Shown here: in pieces, positions 48,858-57,516 of the stretch
Layout: each line of letters begins with the position of its first letter
Position numbering within the stretch: position 1 is the stretch's first letter
DNA from: Candidatus Woesearchaeota archaeon
GTDB lineage: Archaea; Nanobdellota; Nanobdellia; Woesearchaeales; UBA583
Assembly: GCA_965205335.1 (NCBI GenBank)
Contig: OZ242164.1
Coordinates: forward strand, 64,001-128,000
Direction of reading: 5' to 3'
DNA: 64,000 bases
The notes under the pieces: model-generated
What the model was told of the DNA's origin: nothing
Databases searched by the model: none
Seen by the model: only the letters and a program-made list of their open reading frames with translations
Made by a program: the position numbers and the translations under genes

Positions 48858-51213
48858 GATAAAAAAGATTGTCATAACTGGTTTTAGAGGAATAAAGAAT
48901 ACTTTTGAAGTTGATTTCTCTTCAAAAGGAAATTCAATTATTATATATGGAAGAAATGGAACTGGGAAAAGTTCAATAACTGACGCTTGGGAATGGGCAC
49001 TTAGTAAAGAAATAGAGCACTTGAAAAGAGAAAATGCTGGTCCTTCTTCATATCCTCATAAAGAAGCTAATGAAACTTCTGTTACTATTGAAGCAAATAT
49101 TGACAAACAAGAATTAGCTTTTAATGTTCTATGGGATGAGAGGAATGTCATAATTTCAGATGAATCTCACTATAATAATTTCAAAGAATTAAATAAATAT
49201 CCTTGTTATCTTAGACAATCAGATTTACAAAGATTTGTCCTTATGACAAAAACAAATAAATATGAATACCTTATGAAATATTTAGGTTTAAATGTACATC
49301 TTAAAACTCAAAATGATTTAAGAACATATTATGGAAAATTAACTCAAAAAGAGGAAGAAAGTAAAGACATATTGAATAGATTAATTAACGATATTTGTAA
49401 TACTCTAAATATCACTCAATTTAAAGAAGAAATAATATTGCAAGAATTAAATAGTAATTTATCAAGATACAAAATTCCAATAGATAAATTATCTGAATCA
49501 GAATTGAATACTGTCTTAGAGAGGTTTAAAGATTTAGTTGATAAAAACCCTATATCAAAAGAATTAGATGAGTTAAAGAGGATTCAAAAAGAATATTCTA
49601 ATTTTTTAGATATTCCGGAATTTGTCAAAGAAATAGAAGATCTAAAAAAATTATTTGATGAACTAAACAAAAACCAAGAAAACTTTAAGAAACTAATACT
49701 TGGAGATATTTACTCTAACTCACTTGAATACTTAAACCGAGATGATATTAAGGATAAAAACATCTGCCCTGTATGTGAACAAGAGCGAAGTAATTTAATT
49801 AATTTTTTAGAGAAAAAGAGTAATCTGTTGCAAGAACTAAAAGAACAAAAATCATGTTTTGATGATTTACAAGAAAGATTAAAATCAAAATTTGATAAAT
49901 ATATTATTACTATTTCCAATATTAAGGAGATAAATAATGACTTTGTTACAGAAAAAAATTCTTCTTTTAATATCTCATTAAAATTATTAAATTCCTTAAA
50001 GAATAATTGTGAAATAGATATACTGGATATTAGAAATTTTAAGGAGTTAACTAATTCTGATAGAAAATTAATCTTTTCAGTATTAAATGATGAAGTATTT
50101 ACAGACAAATTGAACAATAAAGTAGATAAGCTTGAGAAACCTACTAGCGAAGATAAACTGAGTGAAGTATTTCAAAAGATATCTACCTTTAACGATTTAA
50201 TTTCAGAATATTGGAATAAAGATGAGGAATATGAATTACTAAAGTTTGAGAAGGAAAGTTTTAGAATAATCTTTTCAGAATTTACCTCATATGTTAAATC
50301 GAGACTAAATAAAAAGTTTGATATTATTAAGGAAGATATTTCTAATTTTTTTAATGTTTTAGAGAATAATACTAGTAGACATCTTTCAAGTCCTAAAATT
50401 GAATTATTAGACACTAACAAAGCAATTGAAATTGAAATTGGAATTGAAGATTCCAGAGTCTCACCTGCCTTTAAAATCATGAGTGAATCACAAGTAAATA
50501 GTTTAGGATTATCTGTATTTCTCGCATGTATCAAAACTTTCAACAACAATTTAAAATTTATAATTCTTGATGATATTGTAAGTAGTTTAGATGGACATAA
50601 GAAGGATAATTTACTAAAATTATTAAATGATTATTTTAGAGATTATCAAATATTAATGCTTACTCATGATAACCTTTGGTTTAATAAAGTAAGAAATAAG
50701 TTTAGGAACTGGAAAATACAAAAATTTACTGGTTGGAAATATAATCATGGACCTATTACTATTAATAGTGGTGGAACAATCGAGGATATTAGGGAAGACA
50801 TAAGTGAAGATGACTCTCACAGTGCTGGTCATAAACTTGGAGTTTATTTGGAGTGTGAATTGCAAGATATTAATGAAAAAATTAAATCAAATGTCAAATA
50901 CAAATCCTACAATGAATATACTCTCTCTGAACTTCTTAATAGTTTTCGGGCAAGAATTAAAGATGTTTTGGGAAGTTCACACGATGTATGTATGATAGAT
51001 TTAGATACCTCATTTAGAAATTTTGTAGACCATCATAAAAACCTTGAAGGAAATGTCACTACAGAAGATATTAGAAATGCACTTGAAGAATGGCAAAAAG
51101 TTGAAAGTATTTTGAAATGTAATGAATGTAATGAATATGTTCTTTATGATGATGTCTCAAAGAAGTTAAGATGTGAATGTCTGATAAAAATACTTGAAAA
51201 ACAAAAAAATTAG
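48850..51213 (+). CDS. Rad50/SMC-like ATPase with zinc hook and C-terminal HEPN-like domain (RloC-like architecture)
   Basis: GRNGTGKS, CPVC hook, MSESQ, ILDDIVSSLD, LTHD, RNFVDH, C-terminal CNEC..CEC. Confidence 0.75.
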   Translation: MNKIKKIVITGFRGIKNTFEVDFSSKGNSIIIYGRNGTGKSSITDAWEWALSKEIEHLKRENAGPSSYPHKEANETSVTIEANIDKQELAFNVLWDERNVIISDESHYNNFKELNKYPCYLRQSDLQRFVLMTKTNKYEYLMKYLGLNVHLKTQNDLRTYYGKLTQKEEESKDILNRLINDICNTLNITQFKEEIILQELNSNLSRYKIPIDKLSESELNTVLERFKDLVDKNPISKELDELKRIQKEYSNFLDIPEFVKEIEDLKKLFDELNKNQENFKKLILGDIYSNSLEYLNRDDIKDKNICPVCEQERSNLINFLEKKSNLLQELKEQKSCFDDLQERLKSKFDKYIITISNIKEINNDFVTEKNSSFNISLKLLNSLKNNCEIDILDIRNFKELTNSDRKLIFSVLNDEVFTDKLNNKVDKLEKPTSEDKLSEVFQKISTFNDLISEYWNKDEEYELLKFEKESFRIIFSEFTSYVKSRLNKKFDIIKEDISNFFNVLENNTSRHLSSPKIELLDTNKAIEIEIGIEDSRVSPAFKIMSESQVNSLGLSVFLACIKTFNNNLKFIILDDIVSSLDGHKKDNLLKLLNDYFRDYQILMLTHDNLWFNKVRNKFRNWKIQKFTGWKYNHGPITINSGGTIEDIREDISEDDSHSAGHKLGVYLECELQDINEKIKSNVKYKSYNEYTLSELLNSFRARIKDVLGSSHDVCMIDLDTSFRNFVDHHKNLEGNVTTEDIRNALEEWQKVESILKCNECNEYVLYDDVSKKLRCECLIKILEKQKN

Positions 51214-51217
51214 AAGA

Positions 51218-51274
51218 AAAGAAAAAAATTATTCATCAAAAATTGCTCTATTTCTTGAATTTCTGAACGGAGTT
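51218..51274. mobile_element. Internally deleted MITE right part
   Basis: AAAGAAAAAAATTATTCATCAAAAATTGCTCTATTT|CTTGAATTTCTGAACGGAGTT. Confidence 0.6.
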
Positions 51275-51307
51275 TATAGTTGAAGATTATACTATTAGTG
51301 AGGATTA

Positions 51308-52234
51308 TTAATCTTTATATTTTCCAAATACTTTACTAAACTTCTCGGATGTGACCATTAACCATTCCAAATGATAATCCCTATTATTATCAGTTATTAT
51401 AAAATTTTCTTTAGTTGCTTTAATTCTTGATGCTTTTTTACCTTCTAATTGCATCCATTCTAATTTCATATCTAATTCTTTTTCTATCTTATCTTTATTA
51501 CTTTCAAATTTGTAATATAAATCCTTTGAGTCAGGAATATAAATCTCAGTTCCTATTTGGTTTGTTTGTGAATTAATAGTTAATGCAATATGACTTTCCG
51601 AGCTTCTATAACTTAGATCTAACCAATGTTGAGGATGTGCTTTTCGGAATCTTAGCTTGGAACCTTTTTCCTTACAATATTCTTTTAGTTTATTCCAAAA
51701 CTCTAATTGCATTAATTTAGTGTCAGAGTGCCCTCCTTTTCTCTGAGAAGTTTTAATTGCTTTAGTCCACGAGTTAGGTTTTGAAACTATTTCAAATTTG
51801 GGTGCAAAATCAGAATTTCCAATTTGCCATAGTTCCATTTTAATTGCAAAGAAATTTAATTTTTCATCAGAGTGTTCATTTAACCAATCAATGGCCTGTT
51901 TGTGTTCATCTCTTACATTTTTAACTAGCCAAATAACAATTTCAGCATCATATCCTGAAGCATAAGTAATAATTTTACCTAAATGATTATGGTCTGTATT
52001 TTCTAATTGATTTTCAATAATTATTTTCCTACCTGTGATTTCTTCTTCTGCTAGGATATCCACATTATATCTTCCAACACTTGCTTCTGTTTCTATTACT
52101 TTAATTCCTACATCTATTTCTTCACTTAGAATTGCCAGATTCTCTTCTTTAACTAACCAGTTTGTGAAATCTAATGCTTCATTTTTCCATGCTTTTCTTA
52201 AATCTATTTTTTTCAACTCGCCCAAATTTACCAT
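51308..52234 (-). CDS. DUF4268-domain protein with an N-terminal PD-(D/E)xK-like domain
   Basis: W.NEA.DFT.WL, VDILA, IIENQL..TDH.HLG...YA; C-terminal QLEFW...LEW. Confidence 0.85.
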   Translation of the reverse strand: MVNLGELKKIDLRKAWKNEALDFTNWLVKEENLAILSEEIDVGIKVIETEASVGRYNVDILAEEEITGRKIIIENQLENTDHNHLGKIITYASGYDAEIVIWLVKNVRDEHKQAIDWLNEHSDEKLNFFAIKMELWQIGNSDFAPKFEIVSKPNSWTKAIKTSQRKGGHSDTKLMQLEFWNKLKEYCKEKGSKLRFRKAHPQHWLDLSYRSSESHIALTINSQTNQIGTEIYIPDSKDLYYKFESNKDKIEKELDMKLEWMQLEGKKASRIKATKENFIITDNNRDYHLEWLMVTSEKFSKVFGKYKD

Positions 52235-52364
52235 AAGGTATTATTAATTTGATTCTTTATAAAGATTTTTGTTAAAAGATACTGTTAAATTTGAGGGTGT
52301 TTTTATTTACTGATATAAAGTAGTACAATTCTCTTATAAAATATATTTTATTAACTAATTATAC

Positions 52365-52919
52365 ATGGCAGAAGCAACTGAAGAATTAGTAAAAGTATAT
52401 CTTGAACAAAAAGGATATTTAGTTACAACATCTAAAAAAATAGATGTGAGAACAACAAAAAACAGCCCAAGAACAGAACTTGATTTAATTGCAGTCAAAA
52501 CAGAAGGTAAAGATAAAGATGGTTTACCGTCAAGAATCTTAGGGGAAGTAAAAGGATATGGAATACATCATCGTCTTTTTAAAGAACTAGATGAAAAATT
52601 ACGTAAAAGAGATGAATATGAATCACGGGAAGAATATGGGAAATTCAAATATTACAATAATAATGAATATAAAAGAGAAATATTAAATAAACTAAAAGAA
52701 GAATATGGTTACAAAGATTTTACATGTGTTTTGTTTTGTTATAGTATTAATGGAAATTATGAACAAGAAATTAGAGAATTTCTTGAAAAAGAGAATATAA
52801 TGATTGTTCTACTTGCTGATGTTCTGAAATATTTATTTGAAGAAAGTAATACAGAGTATAATAATCATCCAATACTTAATACAATTAGTTTAATTAAAAA
52901 AAGTAAATTATCTTTTTGA
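52365..52919 (+). CDS. PD-(D/E)xK nuclease, copy 1
   Basis: EELVK.YLEQKGY, ELDLIA, LGEVKG. Confidence 0.75.
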   Translation: MAEATEELVKVYLEQKGYLVTTSKKIDVRTTKNSPRTELDLIAVKTEGKDKDGLPSRILGEVKGYGIHHRLFKELDEKLRKRDEYESREEYGKFKYYNNNEYKREILNKLKEEYGYKDFTCVLFCYSINGNYEQEIREFLEKENIMIVLLADVLKYLFEESNTEYNNHPILNTISLIKKSKLSF

Positions 52920-52978
52920 TTTTAAATAATTTGAATTTATCAATTTATCATAGTTTTCTTCTTCTTTTTTATAAATTT

Positions 52979-53551
52979 TTATTTTTTTATTTTACCCCAA
53001 ATAGCAATTTTATTTTTTCTTGGGTCTTGATTTCTTGGATTTGTTTTTAGATAATTCTCTTTTTTTCTAATCTCTGGCTTTAATATTTTATTAAATTTCT
53101 CTAATTTTATAATTGCTTTCTCACCTTTTTTTATAGTTAGTATGATGAAATTAAATTTATGATTGGGAATGACTATAATTAGGATTTTATCAATAAGGAA
53201 TGCAACTATTAATTTTAGGATTGTAAGAAAATTCCTAATCAGTTTATCTATTTTTTTTCTATCTTCTTTAGAGATGTCATTTAACTCATCAATGTATTCT
53301 TTTATTATTTCAATTTCTTTATTATTTATACTAAGTTGTGATTTCATGTATTCAACTTCTTTTGAAATAAACTCTCTAAATAAGATATTATTTCTCTCTG
53401 TTTTTCTTTTACAGAAGATTAGAATTTTTGTTTTATAGTAGAAGTGTTTCAGTATTTGTTTTATTCTATAGACTTGAAGTTTGTTTAATTCAGATTTTAT
53501 CTCTCTTCTTTCTCCTCCTAATTTTTCATTTTTATTCTTAATTAGATTCAT
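52979..53551 (-). CDS. Hypothetical helical protein with a hydrophobic segment
   Basis: 14-bp overlap with the upstream gene; FLTILKLIVAFLIDKILIIVI. Confidence 0.6.
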   Translation of the reverse strand: MNLIKNKNEKLGGERREIKSELNKLQVYRIKQILKHFYYKTKILIFCKRKTERNNILFREFISKEVEYMKSQLSINNKEIEIIKEYIDELNDISKEDRKKIDKLIRNFLTILKLIVAFLIDKILIIVIPNHKFNFIILTIKKGEKAIIKLEKFNKILKPEIRKKENYLKTNPRNQDPRKNKIAIWGKIKK

Positions 53552-54422
53552 TTTTTAGTACATTTCTTCTCTCTTCTTTTAGTAATTTTTTAATGTGATT
53601 GTTTAATTTAAATACATTCCAAGTTCCCCAAGTAATATCGCAATTATCTCTATTTTTTTCATCTACTATAAAGTCTGCTAATGATAAACCATAGTGATGA
53701 TTGCAGTGATATTGTGCTATGAATTCTTTTTTAATTTCTTTTTGGTTGAATTTTTTTAATAATTCTTTGTTTAGATTTTCTTTAGTATATTTTGCATAGA
53801 GAATAGGTTTATCTCTATATAATGAAAAAGCATCTCTTGAACCATGTCCTATTAGGTATAATCTTTTGTATTCGTTGTTATAAATAATTTCATCAAGTTT
53901 ATCTTCTGTTAGGTTGGTAAATATTTTAAATTTCCATCTTCTTAGTTTTACTAATTCACAAATATATTTAAGATTAATATCAAAAGTAGGTACTAGCCAA
54001 TCCCTTAAATTAAATTTATCAAAATTTGCGATAACTATTGCAGTATCAGATTTTTTGGACTCTAATTTTTTGTATTTGTGTAAGTGGTATCTGTAAAGAA
54101 TAAATTTATATATAAGATTACAAATGAGAAGAATTGTAAGTAGGCTTATGTATGGGGCAATCTCTACTAGTCCCAAAATAATGCCGTATCCTGTAAGATA
54201 AACAAATAGTAAAGTATTAGATTTCAAAAGATTAACTAATATGATTGTACTAATTATAATATAAATTAATATTATAATATGTCCTAAACTAAAGAATTTT
54301 CTTTTCCAATTTTTTCTGTTTTTTATTTCCTTTGTTTTCTTTAGTATTTTCTTCTTATGTTCTTCTGAGTATTTCACTTTACAATTAAGTTCATCATTTA
54401 GTTTTTTAACCAATCTATTCAT
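53538..54422 (-). CDS. Membrane-anchored caspase-like (clan CD) protease
   Basis: 2-3 TMs, then TAIVIAN...FKIFTNLTEDKL...LYLIGHG...FIAQYHC. Confidence 0.6.
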   Translation of the reverse strand: MNRLVKKLNDELNCKVKYSEEHKKKILKKTKEIKNRKNWKRKFFSLGHIIILIYIIISTIILVNLLKSNTLLFVYLTGYGIILGLVEIAPYISLLTILLICNLIYKFILYRYHLHKYKKLESKKSDTAIVIANFDKFNLRDWLVPTFDINLKYICELVKLRRWKFKIFTNLTEDKLDEIIYNNEYKRLYLIGHGSRDAFSLYRDKPILYAKYTKENLNKELLKKFNQKEIKKEFIAQYHCNHHYGLSLADFIVDEKNRDNCDITWGTWNVFKLNNHIKKLLKEERRNVLKNESN

Positions 54423-54631
54423 TTTATTTTAGTATAACCAAAAACCTCATTAATAAATTTATGAAAATATTTTCCTTTCGAAGATGCTTCCATTAAATCA
54501 TCAAAAATATTTTCTGGAACATTATAATAAACGTATATACCTCCTGAGTTAAACTCTATTTCTAATTGTGATTTAGCTTTATCATATCCAACTGATTTTA
54601 GATTTGATGAACTTACATTTATTCTTTCCAT
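54419..54631 (-). CDS. KTSC-domain protein, copy 2
   Basis: VSSSNLKSVGYD...LEIEF.SGGIY.Y..VP......M.ASSKGKYF. Confidence 0.9.
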   Translation of the reverse strand: MERINVSSSNLKSVGYDKAKSQLEIEFNSGGIYVYYNVPENIFDDLMEASSKGKYFHKFINEVFGYTKIK

Positions 54632-54634
54632 TTC

Positions 54635-54919
54635 TTATCTTCCCTTATTTGAGAAACCTTTCTTTCTCATTCTTTCATTTATTGAACCATTATCGTTAGA
54701 CATTCTGACTAATGTTCTTCCATATTTATCTTTTCCAACTCTTGTAACATTAGCAGAGTTGTTTGATTTTCCAAGCATTCCAGCTAAAGTTCTTTTAGCA
54801 GAACTTGCACCTCTTCTCCCTGTTTCAGGAGCTCTAACATTAGTAAGTCTGAAATTTTCACCATTGGCAAACTTTCCAGAATCACCATCAAATAGTTTTT
54901 TTATTTTTCTTTTTACCAT
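54635..54919 (-). CDS. Minimal thermonuclease (SNase-like) protein without signal peptide
   Basis: DGD, RL..VRAPE, DKYGRTL, IN..M...G. Confidence 0.8.
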   Translation of the reverse strand: MVKRKIKKLFDGDSGKFANGENFRLTNVRAPETGRRGASSAKRTLAGMLGKSNNSANVTRVGKDKYGRTLVRMSNDNGSINERMRKKGFSNKGR

Positions 54920-54970
54920 TATAAGTATGTAATGGTTTTTAAAATATATATTATTAATCTTTCATCTCTT

Positions 54971-54999
54971 GAGAACATTGTTCTCTTTAGGAGAACAAT
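54971..54999. promoter_or_regulatory. Triple GAGAACA operator in the divergent promoter
   Basis: GAGAACA-T-TGTTCTC-TTTAG-GAGAACAAT forms two overlapping palindromes. Confidence 0.65.
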
Positions 55000-55032
55000 A
55001 AGATTAATAAGTAAATCTGACGATTAAATTAT

Positions 55033-55698
55033 ATGCCAACCGAAATTAATCCTTCTGATTGTCCTAAATTCGTAGATTATCTTAAATTCTTAAAAGGCTT
55101 AACAGATAAAGAAGTTGGCAATTATCTAAAATTAATTGGCAGAGGACATATTACAAAAGATACAGTTTTAGAAAAAACAAAGATTACTAATCAATCGCAA
55201 CCCTATAAACTTTTAGGAAAATTAGAAAATGCTAAACTAGTAAGCCTAGTTTCTAATAATAGGAAGAAAACATATCAAATGATAAATCCTAGAACTATAT
55301 TTGAGGAAATGAAAATTGAGGTAGAATCAATAGATGATGAAATTGGTTTACTTCAAGAACAATATGAGAATACTAATTTTGAACTTCAGGAGTGTGATAA
55401 AGTTCAAGATTTAAAAACAGAAGTTGAGATTGAGCATGAATTGTTCAATCTAAAATCAAATAGTTTTGAAATTGAATTTTGTGTGAAAGAAAAATCAAAA
55501 ATAATGAAACTAAAAAGATTTGATAAATACAATAAAACATCTGCAAACTTGGATTTTATTCTTTTTAAAAGTGGAAAAAATGCAGGAGTAATATTACTAG
55601 AATTAATTGAAGATGATAAATGCACTAGAGTTAGTGGAGTTAAAATTAATTCAAAAAATCTGTTCACAGAGTATAAGGGCTTAAAAAATGGAAACTAA
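55033..55698 (+). CDS. TrmB-like wHTH regulator
   Basis: GLTDKEV..YL.L......T......T......Y..L.KL....LV......K.Y...NP. Confidence 0.75.
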   Translation: MPTEINPSDCPKFVDYLKFLKGLTDKEVGNYLKLIGRGHITKDTVLEKTKITNQSQPYKLLGKLENAKLVSLVSNNRKKTYQMINPRTIFEEMKIEVESIDDEIGLLQEQYENTNFELQECDKVQDLKTEVEIEHELFNLKSNSFEIEFCVKEKSKIMKLKRFDKYNKTSANLDFILFKSGKNAGVILLELIEDDKCTRVSGVKINSKNLFTEYKGLKNGN

Positions 55699-56122
55699 AA
55701 AACAAATCATTCTAAGTATATTTCACCAACTTCAAGAAATATATGGAAGAACATATATTCAAAAATTGGTGTTTTTATTGAATAAGGAAGTATTCAAGCA
55801 AGAATTATTTTCTTATTTAAATTATAAATTCGGACCATATAGTATAGAAGTAAATTCTGAATTAACTAATTTAGTTAAAGAGGGTTTAGTTGATGAATTA
55901 GAAGAAATGTCAAAACATTCAAATAATTTAGTATATAAATATAAATTAACTGAAATGGGTCTAAATGAAGCTAAAAAATCTTATAATAATTTAGATAGGA
56001 AAACTAAAGACTTGATAAACGATTATATTAAAAAATTTGCAGATTTCACACCAACTGAGATATTGAGATATGTATATAAAAAATATCCAGAGGTTACTGT
56101 TAATAGTCAATTTGAAATGTAA
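55688..56122 (+). CDS. Panacea/SocA (DUF4065)-like wHTH protein
   Basis: GRTYIQKLVFLL, YKFGPYS, Y.LTE.G, YVYKKYP. Confidence 0.7.
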   Translation: METKKQIILSIFHQLQEIYGRTYIQKLVFLLNKEVFKQELFSYLNYKFGPYSIEVNSELTNLVKEGLVDELEEMSKHSNNLVYKYKLTEMGLNEAKKSYNNLDRKTKDLINDYIKKFADFTPTEILRYVYKKYPEVTVNSQFEM

Positions 56123-56323
56123 AGATGCTTAAAAGTACTAATTCATATGTCAAAGAGAGTTTAAACACTAAGCCAATTTCAAATAAGACTTATGATATTG
56201 AAAAAGCAATATTGAAATATACTAATGAGGGAAGAAGAAAAAAGAGTTAGAGAATCAATTAAGAAAATTATTTGGTTAAAAGGATATGTAAGGAGCAAGT
56301 TCTGTAACAACTTCAGATTTTAA

Positions 56324-57511
56324 TTATTTTTTATCTTCCAGTTTATCGGAAACTGTTAAAATTCCTTTTTTTACAGCTTGAGATTTTAACTTCAAATTAT
56401 ATTCTTTTAACTCTTTTTGATTAATTAATTTCTTTTGAGAATCATTAGGTAATGAAATGTATGCTTTTTTCTCTTCAAGTTCTAACTCTTTCAAGTCATC
56501 ATCATTAAATATGTCTTGAACGTTATTATTTAGATATTCATCATTTTCACCAAATAATACATCTACTTTTGTTCTCAAATTATTATGGTGTCTATATTGA
56601 CCAATTAACCACATAATTTTACTCTTCTTCTCAGGATCAAAATCTTTTAATTCTTCAATTCCATCTAAGATTTTAAAAGTTTGAATAATTGAACTAAATT
56701 GTTGGATAGGTATTACTTGAACTTCTCCTTTAGCTTTTCTAAAAGGAAAATTATATACATCTAAATAATTTAAAACTTCAAATGGTGCAACCAGATATAA
56801 AGTAGAAAAAACATCTTTTTGAGCGTATTTCTCCATATCTATAGCTGATTTTTTCACTGATGTTTTAATTTTTTCTTTAATAATTGATTCTCTTTTGGAA
56901 ATATCTTCCATATTAAAAATTTCTGCAGTTAATTTAGGTGACTTTGCATCAAAAATATAATACATTCCCCCAATTTCAACAGTAAATTCTGGCTCTCCTT
57001 TAACAGGAGAATCAGTTTTCACATAATAAGTTAAGTTATTAGTTTTACAATATTCCCCTAGATTATTAATGACATCAGATTCGTGGGTTCTAAACTGTTT
57101 CTCTATTTTCTCAAATTTTAGTTTAGTTTCAGCTTCCTTACCTTCTTGTAATTCTTTTTTTAACTTCTCCAAAGCTTCCTTTGCATCAGAAAAAGATTTG
57201 CTCTCTGCAGAAAATTTATTCAATCCTTTTTTCTCATCAGATTTTTTCTCTGATAATTGAGTATTTAAATCTTTTATTTCTTGACTTTGTTCAATTTCTT
57301 TATTTTTTAAATCATGATAATCATTAAACTTTTCAAATTCATTTACTAAATTATCGTAATCCTTATTTAAACTTGAGAACTCAGAATTTGCATCAATTCT
57401 TAACTTACTCGAAAATCCAATGAAATTTAAAATGAAATTCTTAAAGGATCCAACTTCTGAAATTTTAACCATAAAATTTCTTAAATTATCATAAGTTATT
57501 TTCTCTCTCAT
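56324..57511 (-). CDS. Coiled-coil plus PD-(D/E)xK protein, RmuC-like
   Basis: Long coiled coil, HE, GEPEF...IFDAKSP, MEKY...LYLVAP. Confidence 0.6.
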   Translation of the reverse strand: MREKITYDNLRNFMVKISEVGSFKNFILNFIGFSSKLRIDANSEFSSLNKDYDNLVNEFEKFNDYHDLKNKEIEQSQEIKDLNTQLSEKKSDEKKGLNKFSAESKSFSDAKEALEKLKKELQEGKEAETKLKFEKIEKQFRTHESDVINNLGEYCKTNNLTYYVKTDSPVKGEPEFTVEIGGMYYIFDAKSPKLTAEIFNMEDISKRESIIKEKIKTSVKKSAIDMEKYAQKDVFSTLYLVAPFEVLNYLDVYNFPFRKAKGEVQVIPIQQFSSIIQTFKILDGIEELKDFDPEKKSKIMWLIGQYRHHNNLRTKVDVLFGENDEYLNNNVQDIFNDDDLKELELEEKKAYISLPNDSQKKLINQKELKEYNLKLKSQAVKKGILTVSDKLEDKK

Positions 57512-57516
57512 TAAAA

